Positions 48,196-58,873 are shown, counted from the first letter of the whole stretch. The stretch is DNA of 63,885 bases, filler included, from Candidatus Fermentibacterota bacterium (GCA_016928395.1; 9 parts of 9 records of this genome joined end to end with filler, not necessarily neighbours in it); one strand, 5' to 3'. Numbers and translations: made by a program. The notes: generated by a model from the sequence alone, not told the origin.

Positions 48196-48636
48196 ATGCC
48201 ATATGACGTGCCTATCCGGACCCGCTGCGGGATGCGGTGTGATTTCTGCCCCGCCTTCGGGCCGAACCGAACCGGCGCGAACCTGCAGCGGGCCAGCATC
48301 GTATGGGCAGAGGTGTTCGATGTGCATATCCCGCCCGAGGCGATCGCCTGCGGCGGGTGTCGGGGACGCGAGCGCGATCTTCTGGATCAGGAGTGCCCTG
48401 TCAGGCCGTGTGTGCTGGCAAAGGGGCTCGACGACTGCGGTCAGTGCCCGGACATGCCCTGCGACACACTGCTGCGGCGATGGGTCAGTCGAGAGGAAGT
48501 TGAGGCGACGCTCGGCCGCTCCCTGACGGAAGATGACTACCGCCGTTATGTGCTTCCCTTTGAGAACGCCCCGTATCTCAGCGCCCGCGTAGGGCGCTCG
48601 AAGACTGCCGAGAAGGAGCGCCCAAGGCGTGGCTGA
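48196..48636 (+). CDS. DUF3795-like Cys-rich protein
   Basis: CG..C..C.A, C.GC, C.VR.C...KG...CGQC...PC. Confidence 0.8.
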   Translation: MPYDVPIRTRCGMRCDFCPAFGPNRTGANLQRASIVWAEVFDVHIPPEAIACGGCRGRERDLLDQECPVRPCVLAKGLDDCGQCPDMPCDTLLRRWVSREEVEATLGRSLTEDDYRRYVLPFENAPYLSARVGRSKTAEKERPRRG

Positions 48637-48771
48637 GCGTGCCAAGGCGGACTCAGCCGTGATGCGGGGCTCGGGATTTCGGGTCTTTCACCGAGAGAGC
48701 CCTCGTCGGGTTCCCAAACCCCCGACCCTGAAGCCCGCGACCGGGGCAGCCACCGCGAATGGTTCCTGAGC

Positions 48772-49530
48772 ATGCACCCCATAGACTGCGCCGAACTCTA
48801 TGCCGACGGCCGGCACTATGATCTGGAGAATGAGGGGTTCACCGAGGATATCCCATTCTACCTTCGCCTGGCCGCGCGGCACGGCGGGCCGATCCTCGAG
48901 TTGGGATGCGGAACCGGGCGTATCGCCATCCCCCTGGCCCAGGCGGGCCATGACGTCACCGGGCTCGACATGTCAGAGCCCATGCTCCGGCATGCCCGAA
49001 GCAAGCTGGCCGAATCCTCCGCAGCGCTCACGTTGATCCAAGGAGACTGCCGAGACTTCGCCTTCGATCGCCTGTTCCGGCTCATCCTCTTTCCGTTCAA
49101 TGCCATCGCCCATCTCCACGACCGGGAGAGCGTTGACGCGTGCTTCGCCGCGGTGCGCCGCCATTTGGCGCCCGAGGGGCGATTCGTCATCGACATGTTC
49201 AACCCCCGGCTCGACTACCTCGACCGCGAGCCCCTGCAGCGTTTTCCCGTCACGGAGTATGCCGATCCCGACGGCCGGGGTCTCGTGGTGATCACCGAGA
49301 GCAGCATGTATGACCGGGCAACCCAGATCAACCACATAGTCTGGCACTACCGCATCGGCCAGATCGAGGATGCGATGGCGGTACCGAACAACATGCGGAT
49401 ATTCTTTCCCCAGGAGCTGGCTGCGCTTCTGCACTACAACGGGTTTTGCGTCGAGTGCGTTCTTGGCGACTTTGACGAAAGCCCGTTCCAGTCAGACTCG
49501 CCGAAGCAGATCATCGTCGCCGCCGGCTGA
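48772..49530 (+). CDS. Class I SAM-dependent methyltransferase
   Basis: ILELGCGTGR, GLDMSEPML, GDCRDF, HLAPEG. Confidence 0.92.
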   Translation: MHPIDCAELYADGRHYDLENEGFTEDIPFYLRLAARHGGPILELGCGTGRIAIPLAQAGHDVTGLDMSEPMLRHARSKLAESSAALTLIQGDCRDFAFDRLFRLILFPFNAIAHLHDRESVDACFAAVRRHLAPEGRFVIDMFNPRLDYLDREPLQRFPVTEYADPDGRGLVVITESSMYDRATQINHIVWHYRIGQIEDAMAVPNNMRIFFPQELAALLHYNGFCVECVLGDFDESPFQSDSPKQIIVAAG

Positions 49531-49538
49531 TTCCTTCG

Positions 49539-50846
49539 ATGCAGCATACCGACGGCGCGTCCGGCCGAGCCACGGTCCTGGGGTGGGCGCTGTATGACTG
49601 GGCGAACTCGGCCTTCACCACCACGGTGATGGCGGGTTTCTTCCCGCTGTTCTTCAAGCAGGTCTGGTCTTCTGGCACCGATCCGGCAGTGTCCACGGCC
49701 AGACTGGGTATGGCCAACTCGGTGGCGGGGCTCCTGGTGGCCTTGGCCGCGCCCTTGCTGGGAGCCATGGCCGACAAGGGAAATGCCCGAAAGCGCTTCC
49801 TCCTGGGCTTCGCCGCGGTGGGGATCATCATGACGGCGTGCCTCGCCCATACTCCCCACGGCGCGTGGAGAGCGGCGGCCGCCTTGTATGTGGCGGCCTC
49901 CATAGGCTTTGCCGCGGCCAATGTGATGTACGATTCCCTGCTCCCGGCAGTGGCCCGGGGGCGCAGCCAGGATGTCGTCTCCGCCCTCGGGTACTCGCTG
50001 GGATACCTGGGCGGCGGCCTGCTCTTCGCGGCCAATGTACTCATGGTACGCAACCCCGCGATGTTCGGGCTGCCCGATATGGAAGCGGCGGTGCGGGTCT
50101 CGTTTCTCCTGGTGGCGGCGTGGTGGGCGGTGTTCTCGCTGCCGCTCTTGCTCGGGGTAAAGGAGGCCAGGGCCGCGAGTGTCTCGATGCCGGCCATGGC
50201 CCGGCGGGGGATGCACGAGCTGGCAGCCACGTTTCGTCGGGTGCGCCGGCTCAGGCACATCTGGCTGTTTCTTCTCGCGTACTGGCTCTATATCGACGGG
50301 GTGGATACCATCGTGCGCATGGCGGTTGACTACGGGATCTCTCTGGGGTTCGACTCGAACGATCTCATCCTCGCCCTTCTCCTGACCCAGTTCGTCGGCT
50401 TCCCCTGCGCCTTGGCCTTCGGCCATCTGGGCCGCCGAATCGGCACCCGGCGCGCCATCTTCCTGGGCCTGGCTGTCTATCTCGTGGTGTGCGGGTGGGG
50501 GGCTGCGATCCGCACCGAAACCGAGTTCTTCATCCTTGCCGGCCTCATCGGCGTGGTACAGGGAGGCGTGCAGGCCCTGAGCCGCTCCTTCTACGCGCGG
50601 TTAATCCCGGCGGACCGTCCCGCTGAGTTCTTCGGATTCTACAACATGGTAGGCAAGTTCGCGGCGGTGATCGGGCCAGCCCTCATGGGGGGCGTCGCGT
50701 TGGCGATCCGGGGAGCGGGGTTTCCGAGTACCACCGCATCACGGGCAAGTATCGCGTCCGTGGCCATTCTGTTCGTGGCGGGTGGGGCCTTGCTGACGCG
50801 GGTCAAGGAGCCTGGCGTTCCCAGTGCCGCAGGATCGGCGCCATGA
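49539..50846 (+). CDS. MFS transporter (UMF1/Atg22-like)
   Basis: WALYDWANSAF, GYSLGYLGG, QALSRS, EFFGFY..GK. Confidence 0.9.
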   Translation: MQHTDGASGRATVLGWALYDWANSAFTTTVMAGFFPLFFKQVWSSGTDPAVSTARLGMANSVAGLLVALAAPLLGAMADKGNARKRFLLGFAAVGIIMTACLAHTPHGAWRAAAALYVAASIGFAAANVMYDSLLPAVARGRSQDVVSALGYSLGYLGGGLLFAANVLMVRNPAMFGLPDMEAAVRVSFLLVAAWWAVFSLPLLLGVKEARAASVSMPAMARRGMHELAATFRRVRRLRHIWLFLLAYWLYIDGVDTIVRMAVDYGISLGFDSNDLILALLLTQFVGFPCALAFGHLGRRIGTRRAIFLGLAVYLVVCGWGAAIRTETEFFILAGLIGVVQGGVQALSRSFYARLIPADRPAEFFGFYNMVGKFAAVIGPALMGGVALAIRGAGFPSTTASRASIASVAILFVAGGALLTRVKEPGVPSAAGSAP

Positions 50847-51877
50847 TCCGGCTGTTCGTGCCCGGGCGTCTCTGCCTCTTCGGGGAGCACTCCGATTGGG
50901 CGGGTGGATACCGTGTGGTACGCCCCGAGGTCGAGCCTGGGTTGTGCATCACGGCCGGGACGCACCAGGGGATCACCGCTACGGCCGGGCCATGCCCGGG
51001 AAGGTTCCGGGCCGGCTCCTTCGTCGAAGGCGCACCGGCGTCACTGGATGTGCCATACTCGGCCGAGGCCCTGGCTCCCTTGGCGGCAGAGGGAGGCTTC
51101 TGGAGCTATGCTGCGGGCACGGCTCTGGCCATGCTCCATGACACGGGGGTAGACGGAATCGAGCTGGCCTCCTCCATGGACCTTCCCCTGCGCAAGGGGC
51201 TTTCGTCATCAGCGGCCATCTGCGTCTGCGTGGCCCGCGCGTTCAATCAGGTGCACGGGCTTGGCCTGACAACGGATGCGGAGATGGATCTGGCCTACCG
51301 GGGGGAGACGCTGACCCCCTCCCGGTGCGGCCGGATGGATCAGGTGTGCGCCTTGGGACGCACGACGAACCTCCTCACCTTCGATGGCGACACCATGCGG
51401 GTCGAACCCATCGCCGTGGGAGGGGTCTTCTACCTGCTCATCGTGGATCTCGGCGGCGCCAAGGACACGGTCAAGATCCTCAAGAGTCTGAACGCCTGCT
51501 TTGCCGACAGGCACGACCCCATCGCGTCAGGAGTCAGGCAGGCGTTGGGCTCTCTGAATCACGAAATCGCCGGCTCGGCCAGAGCCGCTTTGGAGGCCGG
51601 CGACGCGTCGGGCCTCGGTTCACTCATGGACCGGGCGCAGGAGGCCTTCGACCGCCTCATTGCCCCCGCGTGCCCCGATGAGCTCACCTCGCCTCTCCTT
51701 CACCGCGTGCTGGCGTACCGCTCCCTCCGAGATCTCATCCACGGCGGCAAAGGTGTCGGCTCCCAAGGAGATGGCTGTGCCCAACTGGTCTGCCGCGGCC
51801 AGGAAGAACGCGAATCCGTCAGGCGCATCCTTCAGCACAAGCTGGGCATGGCCAGCTTCGACCTGACGCTGGGATGA
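50843..51877 (+). CDS. GHMP family kinase
   Basis: PGRLCLFGEHSD, LP..KGLSSSAA, CGRMDQ, GKGVGSQGDG. Confidence 0.88.
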   Translation: MIRLFVPGRLCLFGEHSDWAGGYRVVRPEVEPGLCITAGTHQGITATAGPCPGRFRAGSFVEGAPASLDVPYSAEALAPLAAEGGFWSYAAGTALAMLHDTGVDGIELASSMDLPLRKGLSSSAAICVCVARAFNQVHGLGLTTDAEMDLAYRGETLTPSRCGRMDQVCALGRTTNLLTFDGDTMRVEPIAVGGVFYLLIVDLGGAKDTVKILKSLNACFADRHDPIASGVRQALGSLNHEIAGSARAALEAGDASGLGSLMDRAQEAFDRLIAPACPDELTSPLLHRVLAYRSLRDLIHGGKGVGSQGDGCAQLVCRGQEERESVRRILQHKLGMASFDLTLG

Positions 51878-51952
51878 TGGGTGAAGAAGTGAAGGAGTCG
51901 GCAGTCAGCAGTCGGCAGTCGGCAGTAGGCAGTCGGCAGTCAGCAGTCAGTC
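51878..51952 (+). repeat. Octamer (GRRGTGAA) then heptamer (GTCRGCA)n repeats
   Basis: gggtgaa gaagtgaa gga gtcggca gtcagca gtcggca gtcggca gtaggca gtcggca gtcagca. Confidence 0.85.
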
Positions 51953-52037
51953 GGTCAAGTCAGAACATGGGTAACGTTTCAGGTTCAGAACATAGGTAAC
52001 ACTTCGTCATTGCGCGGATGGCGATGGACTGGGACGA
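51953..52037. mobile_element. End of a multicopy IS, IS481-like (second copy)
   Basis: First 82 nt identical to 22551-22632. Confidence 0.7.
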
Positions 52038-52138
52038 NNNNNNNNNNNNNNNNNNNNNNNNNNNNNNNNNNNNNNNNNNNNTTAATTAATTAANNNNNNN
52101 NNNNNNNNNNNNNNNNNNNNNNNNNNNNNNNNNNNNNC

Positions 52139-52318
52139 GGTCACCGATGGATCTGGAGGCCCGGGTTCAGCGGTGTGCTCCGGTTCGGCTACGGTATCCC
52201 GCTGGTCGACATCGTGTGGGAGGATACGCGACCCTCCGAGCACCCCGATGCCGTCAAAGGCCTCCTCACTTTCATCCAGGGGTTCGACGCCGAGATCTCC
52301 ATCGGCTATTGCTTCTGA
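52139..52318 (+). CDS. 3' end of an outer-membrane beta-barrel-like protein (not in the ORF track)
   Basis: GHRWIWRPGFSGVLRFGYG...EISIGYCF*, with a terminal Y-x-F beta-signal. Confidence 0.55.
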   Translation, partial: GHRWIWRPGFSGVLRFGYGIPLVDIVWEDTRPSEHPDAVKGLLTFIQGFDAEISIGYCF

Positions 52319-52438
52319 ATCAAGACGCGATTCCTCGCGTCCGTCTGAAGAGGCTTTCGGCGATCCTTGACAGTGGATGTTGGGAGCACGAAGCTGGCCC
52401 CGTGCTTTCCCACTCCAGCCCCGCACCACGGAGGAACC

Positions 52439-54472
52439 ATGCACCGGCGTCTGCTGCTCGCCCTCCCCCTTCTTGTCATCTGTACGAGCTTCGCATGGGC
52501 AAGCCCACGGCGGATCGTGCTCCTTGAAGAGGCAACCAATGCCAGTTGCGCGCCCTGCGCCCAGAACAACCCCAAGCTGCAGGAGTTCTTCTCGACGCAC
52601 TTCGGCGGGGTGGTCTCCGTGCGATACCATGCCTGGTGGCCCGGTGCCAATGATCCCATGTACCTTGAAAACACCGTCGACAACCGGGATCGGATCGGGT
52701 ACTACGGCATCAGCGGCGTACCCAACTACGTCATGGACGGAACGAACTATGGGGTTCCCGGCGATCCCGATGCCATGGTCAGCCAGATGTGGGAGCGGCT
52801 GAATGTGCCTCCACCGGTGAAGATCGTCGTGGAGCGCATTGCAGGGCGCGACAGTCTGCTCTGCAACGTGACGGTCATCGGGGACGAAGCAATCGCGGGG
52901 AACCTGTTCCTTCGTACTGCTGTCATCGAGCGGCTGATCGTCTATCCCACCCCGCCTGGGAACAATGGCGAGACCGAGTTCGCCGATGTGATGCGCAAGA
53001 TGCTGCCCGATGCCACCGGGATACCCGTGGCATCCATCGCGGCGGGAGATACGCTGCGCTTTTCCCTCGGCTGCGAGATCGGCGCAAGCTGGAATCCTGC
53101 GGATCTTGCCGTGGTGGCGTGGCTTCAGGATGACGCCACCAAGGAAGTGTTCCAGGCAGGCATCGATCTTCCCACCTACATCGTGGAGACCTCGGATCCG
53201 GTGGCGGACTGGCTGGAGCCAAACCAGAGCTATTCCAAGCACTACTGGATCGGCAATGACAATCCAACTCCCCTGAACATCCAGGTCTCGCTGGAACTGC
53301 TCGGGCTGGTGCCTGGCTGGTCGTGCGAGCTGATAATGGACTCGGTCGCCCATGACACCCTTGACCTGATCCTGCCGCCGGGCGACTCGGCGGCCTTCGA
53401 TCTCGCGATCCAGACCGGTGACATGCCAGGCTCTGTCAAGACCAAGCTCTTCGGCAGGAACCTCGATGACGCCTATGGCTACGGTTTCAGCCAGGGCTAC
53501 GTCGGCGTCGTTCGCAGCGGCGACATCCTCTTTGTCGATGATGATGGCGGCGAGGCGTTCGAGACGCTGTACTACGGATTTTTCGATAGCGCCGGGGTCG
53601 CGTTCACCAGCATAACCGAGCCGGACTTGCTTCCTCTGGCTTCCGGCGTCGACACGACCCTGTTCAAGAGCATCTTCTGGAACGTCTCATGGGGATTTCC
53701 GGCCTTCGTCCCCGAGGACATCGCTCTGCTCGCCGGCTATCTTGATGGGGGCGGCAATCTCTACCTGGCCGGGCAGGATATAGGCTGGGACATCTTCGAC
53801 CCCAGCGGCAATAGCTATTTCCCGGAGGCGCAGGCGTTCTACACCACCTACCTCGATGCCCGCTACCTCAACGACAATTCGGGCGTCAACAGCATGGAGG
53901 GTGTCCCCGGCGATCCCATTACCGACGGGCTCGCCTTCAATGTCACCACTGTCTATTCCAGGTATCCCGAGTGGGTCGAGAGCTACTCAGGATCGTCGAT
54001 ACCGATTCTCATGTATACCAACTCGACGAAGATCGGCGCCCTGCGCTACGACAACGGGACCTACAAGACCGTCTACCTCGGCGTGGGACTCGAGCAGATG
54101 AGCGATCAGAGCGCCGCCGAAGCCATCATCCTGCGCACGCTGGAGTGGTTCGCGGACAGCGTAGTCTCGGGTGACCACAGCATCGGTCTCCCGCACAGCC
54201 TCGGTCTCTGGTCGTGCGAGCCCAACCCCTTCAGCACCGAGACGACAATCAAGTACGATGTGCCGCGGGCCGGGGATGTTCGATTGGCGGTGCATGATCT
54301 GCTTGGTCGGGAAGTGCGGGTCGTGGTCGACGCCCAGCATGAGCCCGGCACGTTTGCCGCACGGTGGAATGGGCGCGATGGGCAGGGAACCCCCGTTGCA
54401 GCCGGGGTCTACGTGTGCACGTTGCAGGCAGACGGGGATCGCCACAGCCGTATGGTGGTACGCATCAGATAG
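52439..54472 (+). CDS. Omp28-like thioredoxin-fold secreted protein with FlgD/Por-type C-terminal domain
   Basis: VLLEEAT..SCAPC, YH.WWP...DPMY, YYGI.GVP; PNPF..TTI.Y..DLLGREV..WNGRD..GVY. Confidence 0.8.
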   Translation: MHRRLLLALPLLVICTSFAWASPRRIVLLEEATNASCAPCAQNNPKLQEFFSTHFGGVVSVRYHAWWPGANDPMYLENTVDNRDRIGYYGISGVPNYVMDGTNYGVPGDPDAMVSQMWERLNVPPPVKIVVERIAGRDSLLCNVTVIGDEAIAGNLFLRTAVIERLIVYPTPPGNNGETEFADVMRKMLPDATGIPVASIAAGDTLRFSLGCEIGASWNPADLAVVAWLQDDATKEVFQAGIDLPTYIVETSDPVADWLEPNQSYSKHYWIGNDNPTPLNIQVSLELLGLVPGWSCELIMDSVAHDTLDLILPPGDSAAFDLAIQTGDMPGSVKTKLFGRNLDDAYGYGFSQGYVGVVRSGDILFVDDDGGEAFETLYYGFFDSAGVAFTSITEPDLLPLASGVDTTLFKSIFWNVSWGFPAFVPEDIALLAGYLDGGGNLYLAGQDIGWDIFDPSGNSYFPEAQAFYTTYLDARYLNDNSGVNSMEGVPGDPITDGLAFNVTTVYSRYPEWVESYSGSSIPILMYTNSTKIGALRYDNGTYKTVYLGVGLEQMSDQSAAEAIILRTLEWFADSVVSGDHSIGLPHSLGLWSCEPNPFSTETTIKYDVPRAGDVRLAVHDLLGREVRVVVDAQHEPGTFAARWNGRDGQGTPVAAGVYVCTLQADGDRHSRMVVRIR

Positions 54473-54480
54473 GAGCTCAC

Positions 54481-55365
54481 ACGAAGGAACACCACGCAAG
54501 GGACAGGTCGGATCGTACTGCCCTGGTGACGCTTCCCGTCGTCATTCTGCTCGGGTTCGTCATAGCCTTTGCCGGCAGTCAAGGCGGGACCTCCTCCTTC
54601 GGCCTTCCCATCTTCGCCCTCGGTGTCGGGCTGATCTTCCTAATCCAGTGGCTGGCCTTCATCCCTGCGTACCTATTCCAGACCGAGAAGCACTTCGACC
54701 TCACCGGGAGCCTCACCTATGTCTCTGTGACCGCGCTGGCTGTCACCTTGAGCCCCCACATTGACGCCCGGTCGATCCTGCTCCTCGTGCTCGTGGTCGT
54801 CTGGGCGGCTCGCCTGGGCACCTATCTCTTTCGGCGCATCCGCCATGCCGGGAAAGACGCCCGTTTCGACGAGATCAAGCTTTCGTTCATTCGCTTCCTG
54901 AACACGTGGACCCTGCAGGGGCTGTGGGTCAGCCTGACGCTGGCCGCCGCGCTGGCCGCCATCACGACCATCAACCGAAAGGGATTGGATCTGTTCGCGT
55001 TGGTCGGCTTCCTGGTGTGGCTCTTCGGATTCACCATCGAAGCCACCGCCGACTTTCAGAAAAGCCGCTTCCGGGCCGATCGGGCCAACAGGGGGAAATT
55101 CATTCACACCGGCCTCTGGGCGCGGTCGCGCCACCCAAACTACCTCGGCGAAATCGTGCTCTGGATCGGCGTCGCCATCATTGCCCTGCCCGTGCTCCGA
55201 GGCTGGCAGTGGGTGACATTGATCTCCCCTGTGTTCGTTGCCCTGTTGCTCACCCGCGTCAGCGGCGTCCCTCTCCTGGAGAAGAGGGCCGATGAGAAAT
55301 GGAGCGGCCAGGAAGACTACGAGGCCTACAAGGCTCGCACTCCGGTGCTGATCCCCCGTCTCTAA
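54481..55365 (+). CDS. DUF1295 membrane protein (steroid reductase-like)
   Basis: EKHFDLTGS, WAARLG.YLF.RI, D.RF, ADFQK, GLW..SRHPNY.GE, SGVPLLE; start uncertain (ACG 54481 or GTG 54526). Confidence 0.88.
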   Translation, partial: TKEHHARDRSDRTALVTLPVVILLGFVIAFAGSQGGTSSFGLPIFALGVGLIFLIQWLAFIPAYLFQTEKHFDLTGSLTYVSVTALAVTLSPHIDARSILLLVLVVVWAARLGTYLFRRIRHAGKDARFDEIKLSFIRFLNTWTLQGLWVSLTLAAALAAITTINRKGLDLFALVGFLVWLFGFTIEATADFQKSRFRADRANRGKFIHTGLWARSRHPNYLGEIVLWIGVAIIALPVLRGWQWVTLISPVFVALLLTRVSGVPLLEKRADEKWSGQEDYEAYKARTPVLIPRL

Positions 55366-55385
55366 GAAGGCCCCCGGGGCTTGGG

Positions 55386-57725
55386 CTACGGCACGATGAT
55401 CAGGGGAGCTCCGACATGGGCCGAGGAACCTTCCGCCCGGACCTGCAGGTAGTACATGCCTGCCGGGGGTCTCATCCCCGGGCCGTTCATCGGGATCGGA
55501 ACTTGATGCACTCCCCCCGGGAGCCGGTGGAAAGACGCGCCTACCTCGCGGCCGCCCAGGTCGAACAACCGGAGGCTGATGAGCTGGGCGCCGGGATCCT
55601 CTGAACGAATGCTGAACGAAGCGCTGGCCCTCGTTGAAGCCGGGTTGGGGCTGAGCCAGAGGAGCCTGAGCGCAGCGGGCCCGACTATGCCTCCTTCCCA
55701 GGAATCGGCGGCGACTGCATCCGCCCACGCGTACATCAGGTCACCCCGGGTCTCGTCATAGTAGATCACATGGGGGCGACCCATAGTATCCACCACCAGC
55801 CGTGACCACTCCCCAACCCTACCTTCGCTGGCGATGGTCGACGAATGCCAGGTTCCGTCGTCACGATAGGCGAACCGCAAATCGACTGCCTGGCCATACA
55901 GGTAGCTCACGCAGGGCCGCCCTTCGGGATCGATGGCCAACGACGTAAACTTGCCGACATCACTTTGCGAATCCACCGTTTCCACGTGCCATCCCTGGGC
56001 ATCCTTGTACGCGTAGCGAATATCGTCGGGGAAGTTGTCGAAGTAGGTCATGTGAGGGAATCCGGCCTCGTCCAGTGCCAAAGAACAGTACATCCCTCCC
56101 TCGCCGTAGTTGTCGGCGACCTCCGTATGCCAGCCGGAACCATCCTGATATGTGTAGCACATCCGATCGGCCCACGAATGGTGGGCAATATGGGGATAAC
56201 CTGCCGTGTCAAGCTTGAGGCTCGTGTAGAACCCCTGATCCGGCGTCACCGTCTCGACCATCCAGCCCGAATCGGCATTGACGGCATACATGAGTTCGCG
56301 GTTGACCCGATAGGCCATGCGCACGATTCCGTCAGTACCCACGGCGATGGAGGTATACCCGCCACCCGTCCAAAGATCCGGTTGGACCGTCTCCATATGC
56401 CAGCCGGAATCGTCCATGAACGAATAGCATACGGCATCGGCCTCGTCGTCGTAGAAGCCGATATGCGGGTATCCCAGCGGATCAAGGGCCATGGAAAGAT
56501 CGATGCCGACCTGTCCCACGGCCTGTACATCCCACCCGTCACCAGTCTGCACCGCGCAGCGAATGTCTCCACCCTCAGCATTCCCATAGCAGGCGTGGAG
56601 TAGACCGCTGGAGTCCATGGAAAAGGCCGTGTAGATCCCCACAACCTCGGCCTGGGATACCGTGTCCGTCGTCCACACCCCCTGAGCCTTCGCGGACAGC
56701 CGCAACTCCCGGATCCCGCCGAACGGCTCATCCACATGGTAGCTGAAGAACACACCGCCTGCATCGTCAATAGCCAGGGACGCGTAGTCTGCCGCCCCGG
56801 CGAGCGTTTCCTCAACCCAGGTCGAGCCATCATGATAGGCATGCACCGGCCCGCTGGTCGTGCAGAAACCGATATGGGGCAACCCCTGTGCGTCCAGGGC
56901 CAATGATGTCCAGTCGCCACCCCGACCCAACGGGTCGATCTGCCAGCCGGCAGGATCCTTGCGGGCATACACGACGCTGTACTGCCAGCCGTCATAGTAG
57001 CTGATGTGGGGCCGGCCCGTGTCATCAATGGCGATGGATGAGTGCCACCCCACGTTGCCCTGCTCCGCAATGGTTTCCGTGTGCCAACCTTCGCCGTCCT
57101 TGAAGGAGTAGAGCAGATTGTCGAGAATCATCTCGTAGTGGCTGATGTGGGGCCTCCCGTCCCCGTCCAAAGCCAGGGAAGAAAAGCCTCCCGGCGCGTA
57201 GTGCACGTCGATGACCTCGATCTGCCACCCGTCGTCGTTCTTCCAAGCATAGTTGAGATCCTCTTCCTGATAGGTAACGTGGGGGCGGCCCTGAACATCG
57301 AGGACTATCGAAGTGAACTTCCCACCGGTGCCGACCACCTCAATCTGCCACCCCGCGCCCTCGTATCGCGCGTATCGAAGGTTCTGGTTCAGATCGTCGA
57401 AGTAGGCGATGTGCAGAGACCCATCCGTGCCGGCTGCAATGGAGGCGTGCTCTCCGACGCCCGGCGAAGGATCCACGGTTTCCACGACCCACTCGGTGCC
57501 GTTTAGCCACCCGTGGTAGAGGTGATCCTGCCCGAAGGCAAGGTGGGGATTCCCCTGGGCATCCAGACACAGGCTGCGGTCGGTCATCCAGCTAAACACC
57601 CGGGGAGACTCCACCGGCTCGATCTGCCAGGAACGGGGTTGCGCAGCGCATGGGCTCAAGCTCGCCGCCATCAGGAACAAGGCTGCGAACAGTGAGTACG
57701 GGGCGAAACGGAAAAGACGTGACAA
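55386..57725 (-). CDS. Secreted repeat beta-propeller protein with C-terminal sorting domain
   Basis: Many repeats of SLALD..G.PHISY...L.YA.....W..E.VD; SPNP..FDLGGREV..GMY tail. Confidence 0.8.
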   Translation of the reverse strand: MSRLFRFAPYSLFAALFLMAASLSPCAAQPRSWQIEPVESPRVFSWMTDRSLCLDAQGNPHLAFGQDHLYHGWLNGTEWVVETVDPSPGVGEHASIAAGTDGSLHIAYFDDLNQNLRYARYEGAGWQIEVVGTGGKFTSIVLDVQGRPHVTYQEEDLNYAWKNDDGWQIEVIDVHYAPGGFSSLALDGDGRPHISHYEMILDNLLYSFKDGEGWHTETIAEQGNVGWHSSIAIDDTGRPHISYYDGWQYSVVYARKDPAGWQIDPLGRGGDWTSLALDAQGLPHIGFCTTSGPVHAYHDGSTWVEETLAGAADYASLAIDDAGGVFFSYHVDEPFGGIRELRLSAKAQGVWTTDTVSQAEVVGIYTAFSMDSSGLLHACYGNAEGGDIRCAVQTGDGWDVQAVGQVGIDLSMALDPLGYPHIGFYDDEADAVCYSFMDDSGWHMETVQPDLWTGGGYTSIAVGTDGIVRMAYRVNRELMYAVNADSGWMVETVTPDQGFYTSLKLDTAGYPHIAHHSWADRMCYTYQDGSGWHTEVADNYGEGGMYCSLALDEAGFPHMTYFDNFPDDIRYAYKDAQGWHVETVDSQSDVGKFTSLAIDPEGRPCVSYLYGQAVDLRFAYRDDGTWHSSTIASEGRVGEWSRLVVDTMGRPHVIYYDETRGDLMYAWADAVAADSWEGGIVGPAALRLLWLSPNPASTRASASFSIRSEDPGAQLISLRLFDLGGREVGASFHRLPGGVHQVPIPMNGPGMRPPAGMYYLQVRAEGSSAHVGAPLIIVP

Positions 57726-57928
57726 GGCTACCTCCTAAGGTGGGACAGGAGAGTCCAATCGTCTTCGCGGATGTCGATACTCAGAGCGGTACATGGAAGG
57801 CCCCTGCACCGGCCATGTCAAATCCCCGCGCTCTACGCGTTTGGGAATCCGGGAGGAGTACAAGTTCAGGGAGGCCGCAGATCCACCAATGACTAGAACA
57901 GGGGGACGAGGGCAGCGAGACTCGCAAG

Positions 57929-58032
57929 TGTCATCATCCGGCTTGGCCCCGCACCCAACGCTTTGGGTGCTGTGGCTTGACCGAGTGATCCAGATACTCT
58001 GGCTGGATTGTCCGGACACGCCGGGCAATGCC
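57929..58032. repeat. TGTCAT...ATGCC palindromic repeat with an inserted hairpin
   Basis: TGTCATCATCCGGCTTG[gccccgcacccaacgctttgggtgctgtggcttg]ACCGAGTGATCCAG...CTGGATTGTCCGGACACGCCGGGCAATGCC. Confidence 0.55.
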
Positions 58033-58083
58033 AGGGGCAAGGGCGGAGGTTACACCATGCATCGTCCGGACCGCCCGGGGCCC

Positions 58084-58131
58084 CCACCTCTTCACTTCTT
58101 CACCCCTTCATTTTTCTACTTCTTCACCCCC
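58084..58131 (-). repeat. Octamer repeats GRRGTGAA
   Basis: Minus strand ggggtgaa gaagtaga aaaatgaa ggggtgaa gaagtgaa gaggtggg. Confidence 0.65.
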
Positions 58132-58135
58132 CTCA

Positions 58136-58873
58136 TCAGACGATCCACCTCCTCTGAATGTTCCGCAGGCTGATGAGAAACAGGAGGACGCAGAAGCCCG
58201 CCAGAATGGCCAGGTTGAGGGTCACGGGCCGCTGCGTTGTCCCGTTCACCGCGCCATGGAGGGCATCGGCGCCGTAGGTCAGCGGCAGCAGGTACGACAG
58301 TGGGCGCAGGAATACTGGGAGCTTCGTGACCGGGTAGAACAACCCGCACAAAAACACCATGGGGAAGCGGAAGAAGTTCGAGAACGTCTGTGCCTCGAAC
58401 ACTTCGCTGACCGACACGGCGATGAAGAGGCCCAGAAAGGTCGAGCTGACGGCAATCAAGGCAACGGCCGCTCCCATCTGCCACCAGATCATGCCTCCCA
58501 AGTCGACAATGAACGAGGCCATGATCACCGGGACAAACGCATTGACGATGCCGAACACCACCGCGCCCGAGGTCTTGGCAAGCATAAGCACCCACAGGGG
58601 GATCGGTGCCAGGAGCAAGCGCTCAAACGACCGGCCTTTCCGCTCGAACGTGACCGTCACGGCCAGCATGGACGTGGTGCCAAATAGGATCGAGAGGGCC
58701 ATGACCCCAGGCAGGATCGATCGGGCTTCGCCGAACCCCGAGCCCGACTTGATGAAGAACATCAGAGTCCACGCCAGGGGGAAGATGATGCCCCAGCTCA
58801 GGTTCGGCGGCTTGAGGTAGTACGTGCGCATATCCTTCCGGAGGATGCTCCAGAACGCGATCCAGGCCCTCAC
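58136..58873 (-). CDS. ABC-2 type exporter permease
   Basis: PG...S.LF, ER...FERLL.AP, PMVFLCG.FYP..LP..L. Confidence 0.9.
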   Translation of the reverse strand: MRAWIAFWSILRKDMRTYYLKPPNLSWGIIFPLAWTLMFFIKSGSGFGEARSILPGVMALSILFGTTSMLAVTVTFERKGRSFERLLLAPIPLWVLMLAKTSGAVVFGIVNAFVPVIMASFIVDLGGMIWWQMGAAVALIAVSSTFLGLFIAVSVSEVFEAQTFSNFFRFPMVFLCGLFYPVTKLPVFLRPLSYLLPLTYGADALHGAVNGTTQRPVTLNLAILAGFCVLLFLISLRNIQRRWIV

